Notes: generated by a model from the sequence alone, not told the origin. Positions 11,144 through 24,883 are shown, numbered from the stretch's first letter. The stretch is 64,000 nucleotides of DNA from an uncultured Nitrospinota bacterium (GCA_963707985.1 CAVPRW010000025.1:1-64000), one strand, 5' to 3'. Made by a program: numbers and translations.

Positions 11144-11590
11144 TCATGGCTCCCCTGCCTCCGGCAGAAAGTCGTCATCTTGGAACTGATCCAGCGACCA
11201 AGGACAAGTCTCGGGGAAGGTTTCCAGGGAGAGGCCGGTCTCTTTCGCGGCCTGCTTCCGGCCACGCGGATAGGCCCAGGCGAAGGCCTTGGGCAGGAAC
11301 TCTCGCAGGCTGGGGCTATCCTCCAGGATCAACTCGATTTGGAGGCGGGCGTTGTCGATGCTCTGCTGCCAGCTCTCCCCGCGTCGTTGTGGCTGGTAGT
11401 GCCACTTCAGGAGGTGTTGGCTGAGCCGCATGAGGTGGCTGCGAAGCGCACGCCGATCGCTGGCACCCAAGCTCTCGATCTCCTCAGCGAGATGGTCGAC
11501 ATCGAGCGCTGACCACTCCTTAGCCCGCAGGTGCGCGGCTTGGGCCTGCGTCCACTGATAAAAATCGGCGTCATACAGGGTATCGGTCAT
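11144..11590 (-). CDS. DUF29 family protein
   Basis: LYDADFYQWT..LDVDHLAEEIESLG..HLLKW..SPSL..FPETCPW. Confidence 0.88.
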   Translation of the reverse strand: MTDTLYDADFYQWTQAQAAHLRAKEWSALDVDHLAEEIESLGASDRRALRSHLMRLSQHLLKWHYQPQRRGESWQQSIDNARLQIELILEDSPSLREFLPKAFAWAYPRGRKQAAKETGLSLETFPETCPWSLDQFQDDDFLPEAGEP

Positions 11591-12223
11591 GCTTCATCCC
11601 TCTGCCGCAGGTGGCGTGGATGCGCCACACGGTCACGGTCAATCGCCTACCCGATGACATCCAGCAGGTTCTGGTCGCGGAAGGGCTGGGTGAGAAACTC
11701 CACTGCCCCCACGAAGACAACGGGCTCGGCCTCCACCATGAAGCGCCCGCATCGTCAGTGGGCCTGGAATCGTGTGCGCATGTTGCCCACGCAACTATGT
11801 AGATAACTGGGCGCCATTTTATTGTACTCGAAATGGCTGGCGATTTCTTCCAGCGCGGTCTCCAGTCACGAGGGCAAGCGCTACAAGTGCTACAGGCTTT
11901 GACCCGTGTGTCTGGCCTGATGCCGGGGCACAACCGCCATGGGCGCCCTGAAAGGAACTCCTGCCGCAGGCACATGATGAGACCATCACAAAGTGGGGGC
12001 TAGGCGGCTTCCTGCTCCTGGTGCATGCCCCTCTGCATGCCCGGGTACCAGCGAGCAAACGTTGCGCAGATCGTCGTTTAAAGCCGGCGTCCGTACCTGG
12101 AGCCAGAGAGGCGCACCGCGCGGCGTCCACCGCCTCCGTTGCGGCTTCACCAGCCGTCGGCTGACGACCTGATGCACCGTGGACAGGGGACATGTACACG
12201 AATCAGCGGAACACCTCCCACGG

Positions 12224-12270
12224 CGTCCGATTCTCGGACGCTCGGCCGGATAGCGGCTGACATTCGGACG
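12224..12270. promoter_or_regulatory. Putative enhancer (UAS): palindrome CGTCCGA-TTC-TCGGACG plus a degenerate second site 30 bp later
   Basis: Perfect 7-3-7 inverted repeat at 12224-12240, identical at 22009-22025; about 220 bp upstream of a sigma54 motif. Confidence 0.7.
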
Positions 12271-12454
12271 TGGCGCCTCAGGGGAGTGGGAACTGGGCCT
12301 TGGAACATCTAAGCCAGGCATATGGGCGGCTGCGAAGCTGACGAGGCGCACAGATGAGGGGAGCCCACCCAACCCGTGAGAGGTTTAGGTCCATGTCTGC
12401 GGCGGGAGAGGCGCACGGGGTGCAGCCCAGGCGTGCGCTCGCCCTCGGCGGGCG

Positions 12455-12471
12455 TTGGCATACTACTTGCT
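12455..12471 (+). promoter_or_regulatory. Sigma54 (-24/-12) promoter
   Basis: TTGGCATACTACTTGCT has exact GG-N10-GC spacing and is conserved with 22175-22191. Confidence 0.8.
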
Positions 12472-12711
12472 CTCTCCAGGGCTGAGCCGTGATGGGCCGC
12501 CTGCCCTTCTGGACGATGGTGGAGAAGCGGGTGAAGCGAGGCCTGCCACAAGGCGGTAGGAGATAAACTCATCGTTCCCGGCTTGGGCAGGTGATGAAGG
12601 CCCCCGGTGATGATGGCTACTGACTCCTCCAGTCCGATCAACCCTCTGCAGAGAGGAAACGTGGAGGAGACAATCTATGGTTTATATAACAGCGATGGGA
12701 GGATAAGGACG

Positions 12712-12801
12712 ATGCGCCGTGAGCCTGTGGATATGACCTGGAGTGAAGCGGTCGCAGCTCTAGCCGTGATGGGCATCATCGCGTTTCTCTTGTTGCTCTG
12801 A
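12712..12801 (+). CDS. 29-aa single-TM micropeptide MRREPVDMTWSEAVAALAVMGIIAFLLLL
   Basis: GGAGG/AAGGA upstream; same length and conserved residues as 22563..22652. Confidence 0.65.
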   Translation: MRREPVDMTWSEAVAALAVMGIIAFLLLL

Positions 12802-13419
<618 letters not shown>

Positions 13420-13420
<1 letters not shown>

Positions 13421-13752
13421 TGAGCGGGCTGAGCCAAGCATGCGTGCATCTCCTGGTGTGTCATCTGGCACCCTCCCAGGTATGTTCTCAATGCGTGAAT
13501 GGCGGCGTTGAATCACCGTTTCCGTGCGCCATTCCTGGGCCACGCACGTGTGGTCTCGTGTTATTGGGCGTCCGGCTCGATGGTGGGGGCCGAAGCCTCG
13601 GCCAGCCTCTTGCGCTCCTCGTCGCCCAACCGCATGCGACCGGGGATCTGCTGGCGCAGGATGCGATTCTCTGTGATCAAGTACTCGTGACGTCGCAGGA
13701 GCTCTTGGTCCACCGAACCCGTGATATATGCTAACCGTGGTTTCCAACCCAT
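13420..13752 (-). mobile_element. Integrase-core transposase remnants
   Basis: MGWKPRLAYITGSVDQELLRRHEYLITENRILRQQI is a recognisable N-terminus of rve-type transposases; truncated. Confidence 0.65.
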
Positions 13753-14029
13753 GCCTCGTTCCACCTCTACCACAGCCGCTCACATTGACGGCCAATATGG
13801 AGCATTATATGATGGAATTCAAGGCCAAGAGCACCTCATGGGGCAGCTGTCCCTCTGGAAAAATAAGAAGGTTGAGTTTTTTGACCTAACGCCCTCGCCC
13901 CCGCAGCTCCAGCTTTGGTAGCCTGGGTCCAACAGCGCAAGCATCAGGCGTATCTGACGCATAAAAAGCGGCGGCAGACAGAGGGCCGAGTCAAACGATG
14001 TTGTAGGGGTAGTCGAATAGTTGTAGGAG

Positions 14030-14225
14030 GTGCATGTGAGGCATGCCTACCCAGAGGACCTCGCTCGGGTACTGCGCACCCAGTGGGACAATCCTCGTGG
14101 ACCGGCGGCGCGCGCAGAAATGGCCGACGGTCATGCTCCCGCTCGCCTGCCCGACGCCCCCATTCTCGAAGACTTCCTCTCGATATGTTATCAAGTCAGT
14201 CTGCTCCGGGAAGAGGCACGCCTGT
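14030..14225 (+). pseudogene. N-terminal fragment of a putative sensor/diadenylate-cyclase-associated protein
   Basis: HAYPEDLAR..LPD..LE..LSICYQVSLLREEAR; similarity ends abruptly. Confidence 0.35.
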
Positions 14226-14386
14226 GCTCCGCAATAATAGCGCCGCCACCGTCAGGCCACCTGCACGTCCAGCCTATAGCCGTGGTGCAAACCACCACGG
14301 ATCGGACCGGCCACTCTGGAGATGCGCTGGCAGCCTGGGCCGGTGGGCTTGCAGACGGTGTTGTCATAACGATGCCCTCTGCTTCG

Positions 14387-14415
14387 TTGCCCGCTGGCAG
14401 TCGCTGGCATACAAT
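14387..14415 (+). promoter_or_regulatory. Sigma70-type promoter of the TA operon
   Basis: TTGCCC-17 bp-TACAAT followed by an AAGGAGGT RBS. Confidence 0.55.
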
Positions 14416-14444
14416 GAAGGTCACCGAAAGGAGGTGATGTATCG

Positions 14445-14744
14445 ATGCAGGATAGTTTGCTCGATGAGCTGGTTGGTGCGCTGACGGAAGAGGGGTTAGT
14501 CAATCCCAAAAGCGTGCGTGAAGAGGCCATGCGCCTGTATTTGAATACCCATCCCACGCTCAAGCTGGACGGCGCGGTGGCCCTCTGGCGGAAAGAACGG
14601 GTGTCGTTGGCGAAAGCGGCGGAAATCGCAGGCCTCACGGTCCCGGAGTTCAAAGAACTCATCGCCACCCGGGGGATTCTCCGGGAAACGGAGGGGAAAA
14701 GCAGTACCGAGATGGATACCAAATTGCATGAGACGCTTCCATGA
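14445..14744 (+). CDS. UPF0175-family antitoxin-like protein
   Basis: AVALWRKERVSLAKAAEIAGL..EFKELIATRGI; strong RBS; ATGA overlap with the PIN gene. Confidence 0.8.
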   Translation: MQDSLLDELVGALTEEGLVNPKSVREEAMRLYLNTHPTLKLDGAVALWRKERVSLAKAAEIAGLTVPEFKELIATRGILRETEGKSSTEMDTKLHETLP

Positions 14745-15229
14745 CCACGGTGATCTCGGATACCGATATCCTCAGCACCTTCGGAAAGATTGCGCGTGTG
14801 GATCTCCTACAACGGCTCTTCCCACACGTGTATGTGGCCCCGGCCGTCTATCGAGAATTGCTGCAGGCGGAGCGTCTGGGATTCAGCTGGGTTGCCAGCA
14901 CCAGGGAAGCTGTGGAAGTGCTTCCGCTCACAGCCAGCGAAAGTCAGCACGCTGAGCGCCTCTCCCGCCTGTATCCTCAGCTCGGCAGTGGTGAGATCGA
15001 AAGCTTTGTCCTGGCCCAAACGCATCGCCTGCTCTGCCTCACCAATGACCGACAGGCCAAGACAGTGGCAAGCGCGCTCGGGCTTCCATATCTTGACCTG
15101 GAAGAGATTCTGCGGGCCTTGAAGATCCGGGAGCTTCTCACGACGGAAGCTCTCGCACGGGTGATCGCCGAGATCGAGGAGCAAGACCATACGCGCATTC
15201 CAGCCAAAGATCAAATCCTTGGCAGCTGA
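14741..15229 (+). CDS. PIN-domain (VapC/DUF3368-like) ribonuclease toxin
   Basis: VISDTDIL, AVYREL, LGSGEIES and LTNDRQA acidic PIN motifs. Confidence 0.82.
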   Translation: MTTVISDTDILSTFGKIARVDLLQRLFPHVYVAPAVYRELLQAERLGFSWVASTREAVEVLPLTASESQHAERLSRLYPQLGSGEIESFVLAQTHRLLCLTNDRQAKTVASALGLPYLDLEEILRALKIRELLTTEALARVIAEIEEQDHTRIPAKDQILGS

Positions 15230-15419
15230 GATGATCGATCACCCGTGGCTCAGGCGACAGCATGATCCGCACGCCGGAGGGACACGTCCCCACTCTTTTC
15301 AGCCCTTGTATGGCTGGGCGTTCGCGACACGCAAGCCTCTGTCCGATCAGGTCCACTGTACGGCAAACCGTTGTGGCCATCCCGGCACACTCTTGAGGCA
15401 AAGCCCAGGATCAAACCCG

Positions 15420-15684
15420 AAGAGTTTTGCGCTGCGTTCGCCGCTTTGCCAGCCGCCTTGCGAAATGTTGCCGCGTTATAGGCACCGTGGGCGGCGATGA
15501 CCTCCTCAACTCGAGCGGCATACGCCTCCGGCTTTGCCACGGCGGCCAAGCTGGTGAAATAGATTGGTAGGAGGTGCTCGTCATCGATCCCGACCTGCCA
15601 GGAGCCCGCTTCGTCCGCAAAGAAAATAATGTCGTCGCTGCCGGTATCGATCCGTTCGAGAAGTTCAAAGAGATGGATGATCAC
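15420..15684 (-). pseudogene. Fragment of a hypothetical protein
   Basis: Protein-like stretch LFELLERID..IIFFADEAGSWQVGID without a clear start. Confidence 0.35.
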
Positions 15685-16564
15685 CCACGGCTATTGTCGC
15701 GATTCAGAGGTCAGGTGTCCAGTGCTGTTTCGAATGTCGAATGCGCCCGTGTGGCTCGAGGCCAGCTGGCCCGCTATTAGCGTGGAGATGTAATAATTGC
15801 GGATCACAGGGCATCATGAACTGTTGGATGGCGTAGATCGGGACGAAACCCTGCGGGTGATTCTGGCGTGGTTGGAGCGCCGCCTTTCGCCCGAGTTGAC
15901 GCAGGATTCACTGTGAGGAAGGGGGTTGCAAGATGCCGATCAAAACCGCCCGGGTGCCGCACACCAAACATGGCAGGCTGACCGCCCAAAGCGACCTGCC
16001 CGACAGCGTGTTGGCTTTTCCGTACCAGCGCAAGGAGCCACTGATTAGTTGAGCCAGCTGGCATGCATGGGGGTATGGACCAAAATGGCGTTGGTATACG
16101 CCTCCATCAGGCGTCGGACGGCCGCTTGGCCACGATGCGACGATCCGTTATCGACAACCCAAAACACCCGATCGGCGGACCGGTACGGCTCCTGTGCCAT
16201 CACTTGTCTCACCAATCGGCCAAACGATTCAAAGCCCGTGCTGGGCTAGCAGCGCCCCATGACGTACCCGCGCCCGACGTCCCAGGCGGCCAGAAATGGC
16301 AGGGCGCCGCCTGGTCACCCAGGGCACCGCGGTGGTCACCGAAGGCACACGGCACTGAGTCGATGCGCATTGGTTCCGTGGGCAAAGCTACCTGAAAATC
16401 AGAAACAGCCTCAGCTGTTCTTCACCGTCGAATTCAAAGATGCTGTCGCGTGATCCTCTAGAGTTTTGTCAGTCAATCAGCCCTCTTGGTTATAATTCTC
16501 GGACCGTTCGCGTGGTCCGACCCCTCATCTGATTCCACTCCCCGATGCTCCGCTCATCGCCTGC

Positions 16565-17470
16565 CTAGGTGTTGGACGCCTCAAAGATACTCTGCACGTA
16601 GGCATCCAGCCGGGCGTTGAACTCCGCATCGGATTGCTGGGCCGTCAGCCCCTCGACCAGCGCCCGTGAAAAGCTCGCCACCATGCCGTGATTCCGGCGC
16701 AGGCGGTTGTTGGCTTCGTCCCGCGTATACCCGCCCGACAGCGCCACCACCCGCACGACCTGGGGATGACTGACGCACGCGGCGTAGAAGTTGTCTTGCT
16801 CCGGTAGCGTGAGCTTGAGCATGACCAACTGACCCACTGTCAGTGCGTTGAGCTCCTCGAGGAGGGCCGCTTTGAGCACCTCTTCGGCCTTGGCCTTGTC
16901 CGGGCAGTGAATGTCCACTTCCGGCTCGATGATCGGCACGAAGCCCGCGGCACTGATCTGCCCCGCGACTGCGAACTGCTGGCTCACGACATCCTTGATG
17001 CCGACGGCATTGGCGTGCTTGATGACCGAGCGCATCTTGGTACCGAAGATGCGCTTCGCTCTGGCTTTGTCGAGCAGCGCCGCCAGCGCGGGCATGGGCC
17101 GCATCAACTGGACCCCCTCCTTCTCTGCGGCCAGGCCCTGGTCCACTTTCAGAAACGGTACCACCCGTTTCACGTGCCACAGATAGTCCGCGGTCGGCTG
17201 CCCCTCGATGTCCCTGTCCATGGTGTTCTCGAACAGGATGGCGGCAAGAATCCGCTCGCCGGTGAAGCTGGGGCTGGTCATGATGCGCGTGCGCATCTGA
17301 TGCACGAGCGCAAACATCTCCTCCTCGTTGGACCACGCCCCGTCTTTGATGCCGTACAGACGCAGCGCGTTGGGCGTGCTGCCACCGCTTTGATCCAGCG
17401 CCGCAATGAAACCGGGATGGGTCTGCATTTTCTGCAGTTGTTGTTCGTTCAAGCCGAGAGTTTTCATCAT
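16565..17470 (-). CDS. Fructose-bisphosphate aldolase class I
   Basis: GFIAALDQSGGSTP, FLKVDQGL, GTKMRSVI, PIIEPEV, VALSGGY, ASFSRAL. Confidence 0.93.
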   Translation of the reverse strand: MMKTLGLNEQQLQKMQTHPGFIAALDQSGGSTPNALRLYGIKDGAWSNEEEMFALVHQMRTRIMTSPSFTGERILAAILFENTMDRDIEGQPTADYLWHVKRVVPFLKVDQGLAAEKEGVQLMRPMPALAALLDKARAKRIFGTKMRSVIKHANAVGIKDVVSQQFAVAGQISAAGFVPIIEPEVDIHCPDKAKAEEVLKAALLEELNALTVGQLVMLKLTLPEQDNFYAACVSHPQVVRVVALSGGYTRDEANNRLRRNHGMVASFSRALVEGLTAQQSDAEFNARLDAYVQSIFEASNT

Positions 17471-17531
17471 GCCTCCTGAAGTTGTCAGTACCGACGGAAC
17501 AAATTATTATTTGAACGATCATGCCTGCATC

Positions 17532-19463
<1,932 letters not shown>

Positions 19464-20538
19464 GGCTTGACCTCAGAGGTAATATTCGACACCGGCATCA
19501 GCCGCCCGGCCGGCCGCACCCAGCCGCCGCTGCAGCCGGAGGCGACGACGGCTTCGATCACCTCCATGTTGCGGACGGCGTCTTCCAGGGGGATGGGGAC
19601 CGGCGTTTCATGCAGGATCGCTTCGGCGAAGCGATCCCCCTGAATCGCGTACTGGTCGCACGCTTCCAGCTCCAGCCGTTGGACCTCGCCGCCCCGCTGC
19701 AGGCGGACGACACAGGGGCGGTCGTTCGGGGGGTTGAAGGGCGCCTCGGACAACTCTACGTGACCTTCCACTCCCGCCAGATGCACCTGCTGGAAGGGGG
19801 CGACCTGTATAGAGCACGTGAACGTGGCGTGGCCGACCCCGAAGTCGAGCATTGCCGAAACCAGACAATCGACCCCGAAACGCGGATCGTTCACGAGCAG
19901 CCCGCACACGCGCTGCGGCTCGGCCTCGAACAACCAGCGTGACAACGAGATCGCATAGCAACCGATGTCCATCAGGACTCCGCCGCCCCTGGCGGGGTCG
20001 TACCGGATATTGCCCGGGTCATCCTTGTAGTACGAGAAGAACACCTGGATGGCCCGGAGCGCGCCGATCTGTCCGGTCTGCACCCACTCCTTCGCCGTAC
20101 GCCACTGGGGGTGGTGGCGGTACATGAGCGCTTCCATGACCTTGAAGCGCGGGTGGCGGCGCGCGGCCTCGACCAGTTGGCGGCCCTGGGCTGCGGACAG
20201 GCCGATCGGCTTCTCGCACAGGACGTGCTTGCCCGCCTCCAGCGCGCGAATCGACCAGGGAACATGCTGGTCGTTGGGCAGGGGATTGTAGACGGCGTCC
20301 ACATCCGCGTCCGCCAGGAGCGCCTCGTAAGAGCCGTGCCACCGCGGGATGCCTAGATGACGTGCCATGTCACGCGCTTTATCGAGCGAACGCGAGGCAA
20401 TGGCGACAACTTCCGTGTGCTTCCCCTGCTGCATCGCGGGGATGACCTTCTGCACCCCGATCGTGGGCGGTGCTTAACACGCCGATGCGAATCTTGTTCA
20501 TCACGTCGGTTCTCCTATGGGAATCGGCGAACGCGCTC

Positions 20539-21445
20539 TCAGCCCGCTTGCGACATGTCCTCCAGTGTCCTCCCTTTGGTCTCACGTACGGCAGCCCACA
20601 CGAAGGGCAGGGACAGCACGGCGGCCAGCGTATAGAGTCCGTATGCGCCGCCGAGACCGACGGTATTCAACAAGGGGAGGAAGGTGACGGTCACGGCGAA
20701 ATTCGCTACCCAGTTGGTGGCGCCGGAGACAGCCAGTGCCGCGCCACGCATGCGGTTGGGAAACATCTCGCCGAGCAGCACCCACATCACCGGCCCCCAC
20801 GACACCCCGAAGGCCACGATGTACAGGTTGGCCGCCGTCAGGCCCGTCACCGCCGCCCCGTACGTGAGCACCGGCCTGCCGTCAGCGCCTACCCCGGCTG
20901 TGGCGAAGACGAGGGCCATGACGCCCAGGGTCAGCGCCATGCCCGCCGAGCCCGCGAGCAGCAACGGTTTACGGCCCACGCGATCGATAAGCATGATAGC
21001 CGGGATGGTGGCCAGGATGTTGACGAAGCCGGTGAGCAGGTTAATGCGCAGGGCCCACTGCTCAGTCGCCCCTGCGGCCTTCCACAGCACCTCACCGTAA
21101 TAGAAGATGATATTGATGCCGACGAACTGCTGGAAGGCCGCCAGCCCCATGCCCACCAGGATCACCGGGGCGAGCCGCGACGTGCCCGAGACGATCAAGT
21201 CCGACAGGCGCGGCCGGTGCTCGCCCCGCAGGCTCTGCTCCACTTGCTGCACCAGGGCGTCGGCGTCGCTCTCAATGCGGGCGAAGACCCGGCGGGCCTG
21301 CTCCCGCCTGCCGCTGGCGATGAGGAAGCGCGGCGATTCCGGGATACACAAGGCGCCTAGCAGAAAGGCAGCTGCCGGCACGGACTCCATCCAGAACATC
21401 CAGCGCCAGGCCGGCGCCCCCAACCAGAAGGTCGCGCTCGCGCCG
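20539..21445 (-). pseudogene. Sugar porter (MFS) transporter, 5'-truncated
   Basis: PESPRFL, QQFVGINIIFYY, DRVGRKPLL, WGPVMWVLLGEMFP, ETKG; first TM helices missing. Confidence 0.85.
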
Positions 21446-21449
21446 CCGG

Positions 21450-21570
21450 CGACCATCTGCTCGGCAGTCAGCGTGGGCCCGGATGGAAATTCCCGCGGCG
21501 CGTTTTCTGCAGGGTGGCGAGGATCTTTCACGTGGGTTCCGCCTACATCGACAACGAGCACGTTCATCAT
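21450..21570 (-). pseudogene. ROK-family (polyphosphate glucokinase-like) N-terminal fragment
   Basis: MMNVLVVDVGGTHVK..FPSGPTLTAEQMV after GGAGGT; joins directly into the MFS remnant. Confidence 0.75.
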
Positions 21571-21589
21571 GACACCTCCCCGTGTCCAC

Positions 21590-21740
21590 CTGACCTTTGC
21601 GAGGGTGGCGCTCTTGGAAGCGAATGACACCCATCAGCTCGTTCCAGGAATTAACAAACGACTTGGCCCCTTCGTCCTGGAGCCTTGCGACCAGGGCATC
21701 AACCGTCCATGGCGGCCTTGGCGAACTGGTCCAATACCGC
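21590..21740 (-). pseudogene. Transaldolase C-terminal fragment
   Basis: VDALVARLQDEGAKSFVNSWNELMGVI. Confidence 0.65.
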
Positions 21741-22008
21741 GCTCCAGCATAGTTGGGCGCAGTATCATAGAGGCTGAGCAAGCCTGTCGATCCATCAACC
21801 CCTACAGTCTGGCCGGGTAGTTAGGGTTGAGACGCGGCAGGGAGCAAGCGTGTGTTTGAGCGTCGTCTTCAGGCATGGTCCTTGCTGTGTGTCGAGGTAT
21901 CAGAGCAACGTGCGTGCCACGGATGCCACGATCTGGCCATGGCCCCCAAGCCTGGGGTTTTGCCGGGAAGCCCACCGTGAGACACCGCCGCCGGCCCCCG
22001 TCACACGG

Positions 22009-22055
22009 CGTCCGATTCTCGGACGCTCGGCCGGCGAGCGGCTGAAATTCGGACG
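22009..22055. promoter_or_regulatory. Putative enhancer (UAS), second copy
   Basis: CGTCCGA-TTC-TCGGACG at 22009-22025 and CGGCTGAAATTCGGACG at 22039-22055. Confidence 0.7.
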
Positions 22056-22174
22056 GGGCGCCTCATAGGGGTGGAGGCTGGTCAGCGGGGCCCAGGCGGA
22101 GCCGAGGCTGCGGGGCGTCCAGGCAGGGGCGCCCTCCCCACCCGTGGCCGCCTGGCCTTGGCCCGCTACGAGCG

Positions 22175-22191
22175 TTGGCATGCCGCTTGCT
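22175..22191 (+). promoter_or_regulatory. Sigma54 (-24/-12) promoter, second copy
   Basis: TTGGCATGCCGCTTGCT with GG-N10-GC spacing. Confidence 0.8.
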
Positions 22192-22260
22192 CTCTCCAGT
22201 GCTGAGCCAGTGATGTGCCGTCCTGCAACGCTGGACGATCGTGGACTGGAGACCGTTGCC

Positions 22261-22445
22261 ATGGCCAGACACTCGATCTCCGACGCTCCTGGACGTCATC
22301 CAAGCGGTCAGCGAGGTGGCCGCCAGCGATCAGGAAACTCCTGGCGACGGTCGCCGACCTCATCAACAGTGGCCGGGTGCGGCTGTGCGGCGATGCCGCG
22401 GGGGCCACGATTGATGTGTCGGCCACAGAGGACACGGCGGCCTGA
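22261..22445 (+). CDS. Small (about 60 aa) hypothetical protein, needs two frameshift corrections
   Basis: GGAG before ATG 22261; reconstructs to ..TLLDVIQAVSEVAASDQE.LATVADLINSGRVRLCGDAAGATIDV..; first ORF after the sigma54 promoter. Confidence 0.5.
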
Positions 22446-22562
22446 AGCTGGAGCACGACTCGAGGTGTATGGCTGGCGAGGCCTGGACCGCACAGAGCCC
22501 AGCCATCAAGGGGCCGGCGACGCCGGTGTGCGGCGCGCCGAGGCCTGGGAGGGACGAGCGCC

Positions 22563-22652
22563 ATGCGGGATGAATCGGTGGGAACCACCTGGGGAGAGGT
22601 CATGACGGCAGTGCTCACCCTGGGCATTGTGACGTGTCTGTGGCTCATGTGA
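22563..22652 (+). CDS. 29-aa single-TM micropeptide MRDESVGTTWGEVMTAVLTLGIVTCLWLM
   Basis: GGAGG upstream; homolog of 12712..12801; too short for the ORF track. Confidence 0.65.
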   Translation: MRDESVGTTWGEVMTAVLTLGIVTCLWLM

Positions 22653-22762
22653 GCCCGGGGCGCGCCAGGCCTGGCTGCCCTGCGGGTGGGGCAACATGCC
22701 AAGACCGGTCCAGGCCCCACGGCTGCTGGTCGGAGGTCCATGGCCTTGGCCAGGACGATCAA

Positions 22763-22807
22763 CCTAGCTGGGGACCCGTTTCGGAGGACGGGGATCCCCT
22801 GCTAGGT
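22763..22807. terminator. Imperfect hairpin between convergent units
   Basis: CCTAGC..GGGA.CCCGT/ACGGG..TCCC..GCTAGG arms; no poly-T tract. Confidence 0.3.
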
Positions 22808-22824
22808 CCCACGGCCGCGTCCGC

Positions 22825-24448
22825 CTAGCGGCCGCTCGGTCGGACCGTTTGGAGGACGTGGTCCAGCGCGTATTTCTGGATTTTGAGGTACAGCGTGCTC
22901 TTGGCGATGCGGAGGGTGCGCGCGACCTGGGTGAGATTACCGTGGTACGTTAGGATCGCCGTCAGGATGGCGTCGCGCTCGACCGCGTCGAGGCCCGTCA
23001 CGGGGAGGAGCCCGGCGCTCCAGAGGGCGGCGGCCCCCCGGCGCTCGCAACGGCGACCTCCGCTGGCAGGTCGGCGACCGTGACGCGCTCCCCCGTGGTG
23101 CGTTTCAGGCCGAGTCGCGCGGCGGCGCCCGCGGGCCCGCCTAGCACCCCACGGGTCTCCTCGAGCGCGCGCAAGATGGGCTCCCGTTCCGCGTCTCTGA
23201 GGGTCACGGCATGGTTTGCCGGCCGGCGACGCCCGACGACGGTGGCATGTGGGGCACAGTTCCGCGAGCGGCGGTTGGAGCTCCGGTGCCCGCGAGAGAA
23301 TCACGGCGCGCTCGATGAAGTGTTCGAGCTCGCGCACATTGCCGGGCCAGTGGTATTCCGTCATGGCGGTCATCGCTGCGGGCGGGATCGTCTCAATCTG
23401 TTTGTGCAGGCGGCGCGCATATTTTTGAACAAAGTACCGCACGAGGAGGGGAATGTCTTCCCGCCGCTCGCGCAACGGGGGGATCACGATGGGAAAGACA
23501 TTCAGCCGGTAGTAGAGGTCGCTGCGAAAGTGTTTCTCGGCGACCATCTGCAGCCAGGTTCGCGTTCGTGGCGGCGATCAGGCGCGCATCGGTCTGCAGG
23601 GTCCGGGTGCTACCCAGCCGCTCGAACTCGCGCTCTTGGAGCACCCGCAGCAGCTTGGGCTGCAGCTCGAGGGGCATGTCGCCGATCTCGTCGAGGAACA
23701 GCGTCCCGCGGTGGGCCAGCTCGAAGCGGCCCATGCGTGGCGCCATGGCACCGGTGAAGGCGCCTTTCTCGTGGCCGAAGAGCTCGCTTTCGAGGAGGCC
23801 CGTGGGGATCGCCGCACAGTTCAACTTGACGAAGGCGTTCTGGCAGCGACGGCTGCGCGTATGAATGGCGCGGGCAATCACTTCCTTGCCCGTCCCCGTC
23901 TCGCCAGTGAGGAGCACGGTGGCATCGGTGGGCGCCACGGTCTCAACCGTTTGGAGGACGTGGCGCAGCACCGCACTGTCCCCCACGATCTCCGAGAGAC
24001 TGCTATCGGGGTGGCGCCCGTCTGCCGCGTCCGGGCGCCCATCGGTAGGCGGGTTCGTGCCGGGCGCCAGCTGGCGGCTGCGGGTAATCGCCTGCTCAAC
24101 GGCGTGGAGCAGGTCGTCGTCGCGGCACGGTTTGGTGAGGAATTCGATGGCGCCGGCCTTCATGGCGCGTACCGTCATCGGGATATCACCGTACCCGGTG
24201 ATAAAGATAATGGGAATCTGACAACGGACCTTGACCAGTTCCTGCTGCAGATCCAGGCCACTTAAGCCTGGTAGCTGGACGTCGAGCACCAGGCAGCTGG
24301 GGACGTCCGGACGCCGGCTGGTCAAGAACTCCTGCGCCGAGGCAAAGGACTGAACGTTGAACCCCGCCGAGCGGATAAGATCGCTCAGACTCTCGCGCAT
24401 GGACCTGTCGTCGTCAACGACAAAGACGCATGGGTGGTTCTCTAGCAT
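22825..24448 (-). CDS. Sigma54-dependent response regulator, copy 2 (frameshifted; two C-terminal HTH segments)
   Basis: [26 protein letters not shown]; frame changes near 23550, 23230 and 23010. Confidence 0.9.
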
Positions 24449-24510
24449 GGCTGAACCTCCTGGTCGAGTTCCGACCCTTGTATCAGTGCCAACCAGTCAA
24501 GCTCTTGGGC

Positions 24511-24883
24511 TCACGAATGCTTGAGAGCCGCATCGATCGCATGGAGTAGGTCATCCTCGCGGCACGGTTTGTACAAAAAGGCCACCGCGCCGGCTTCAAG
24601 GGCTCGCGCTCGCGCCTCGTCGTCTGCGTGTGACGTAATGAAGATGATCGGGATCTGCCAGTTCGCCGCCACCATCTGACGCTGGAGCTCGAGGCCGTTC
24701 ATGCCAGGCAGGCGCACATCGAGCAGCAGGCAGGCCGCCTCGGGCGCGTGCGGCGCCTGCAAGAACGCTTCCGCCGACGCAAAACCGTGCACGCGCAATC
24801 CGACGGATTGGAGCAGATCGTCGAGCGAACGTCCGCAGCGCGTCGTCATCGTCGACAATCGCCATGAGTGGAACGCTGGACAT
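24511..24883 (-). CDS. Stand-alone REC protein, copy 2 (one frameshift)
   Basis: MSSVPLMAIVDDD start, then CLLLDV..FLYKP in another frame; paralog of 1869..2240. Confidence 0.88.

Noticed and set aside
9510..11147. 545-aa NDH-2 with an N-terminal membrane extension
   Set aside because: The extension is a chance in-frame read-through of an SdhC fragment; a good RBS and ATG lie at 10880
20539..21630. Novel ROK kinase-MFS fusion protein
   Set aside because: Both halves are incomplete; best explained as a deletion junction
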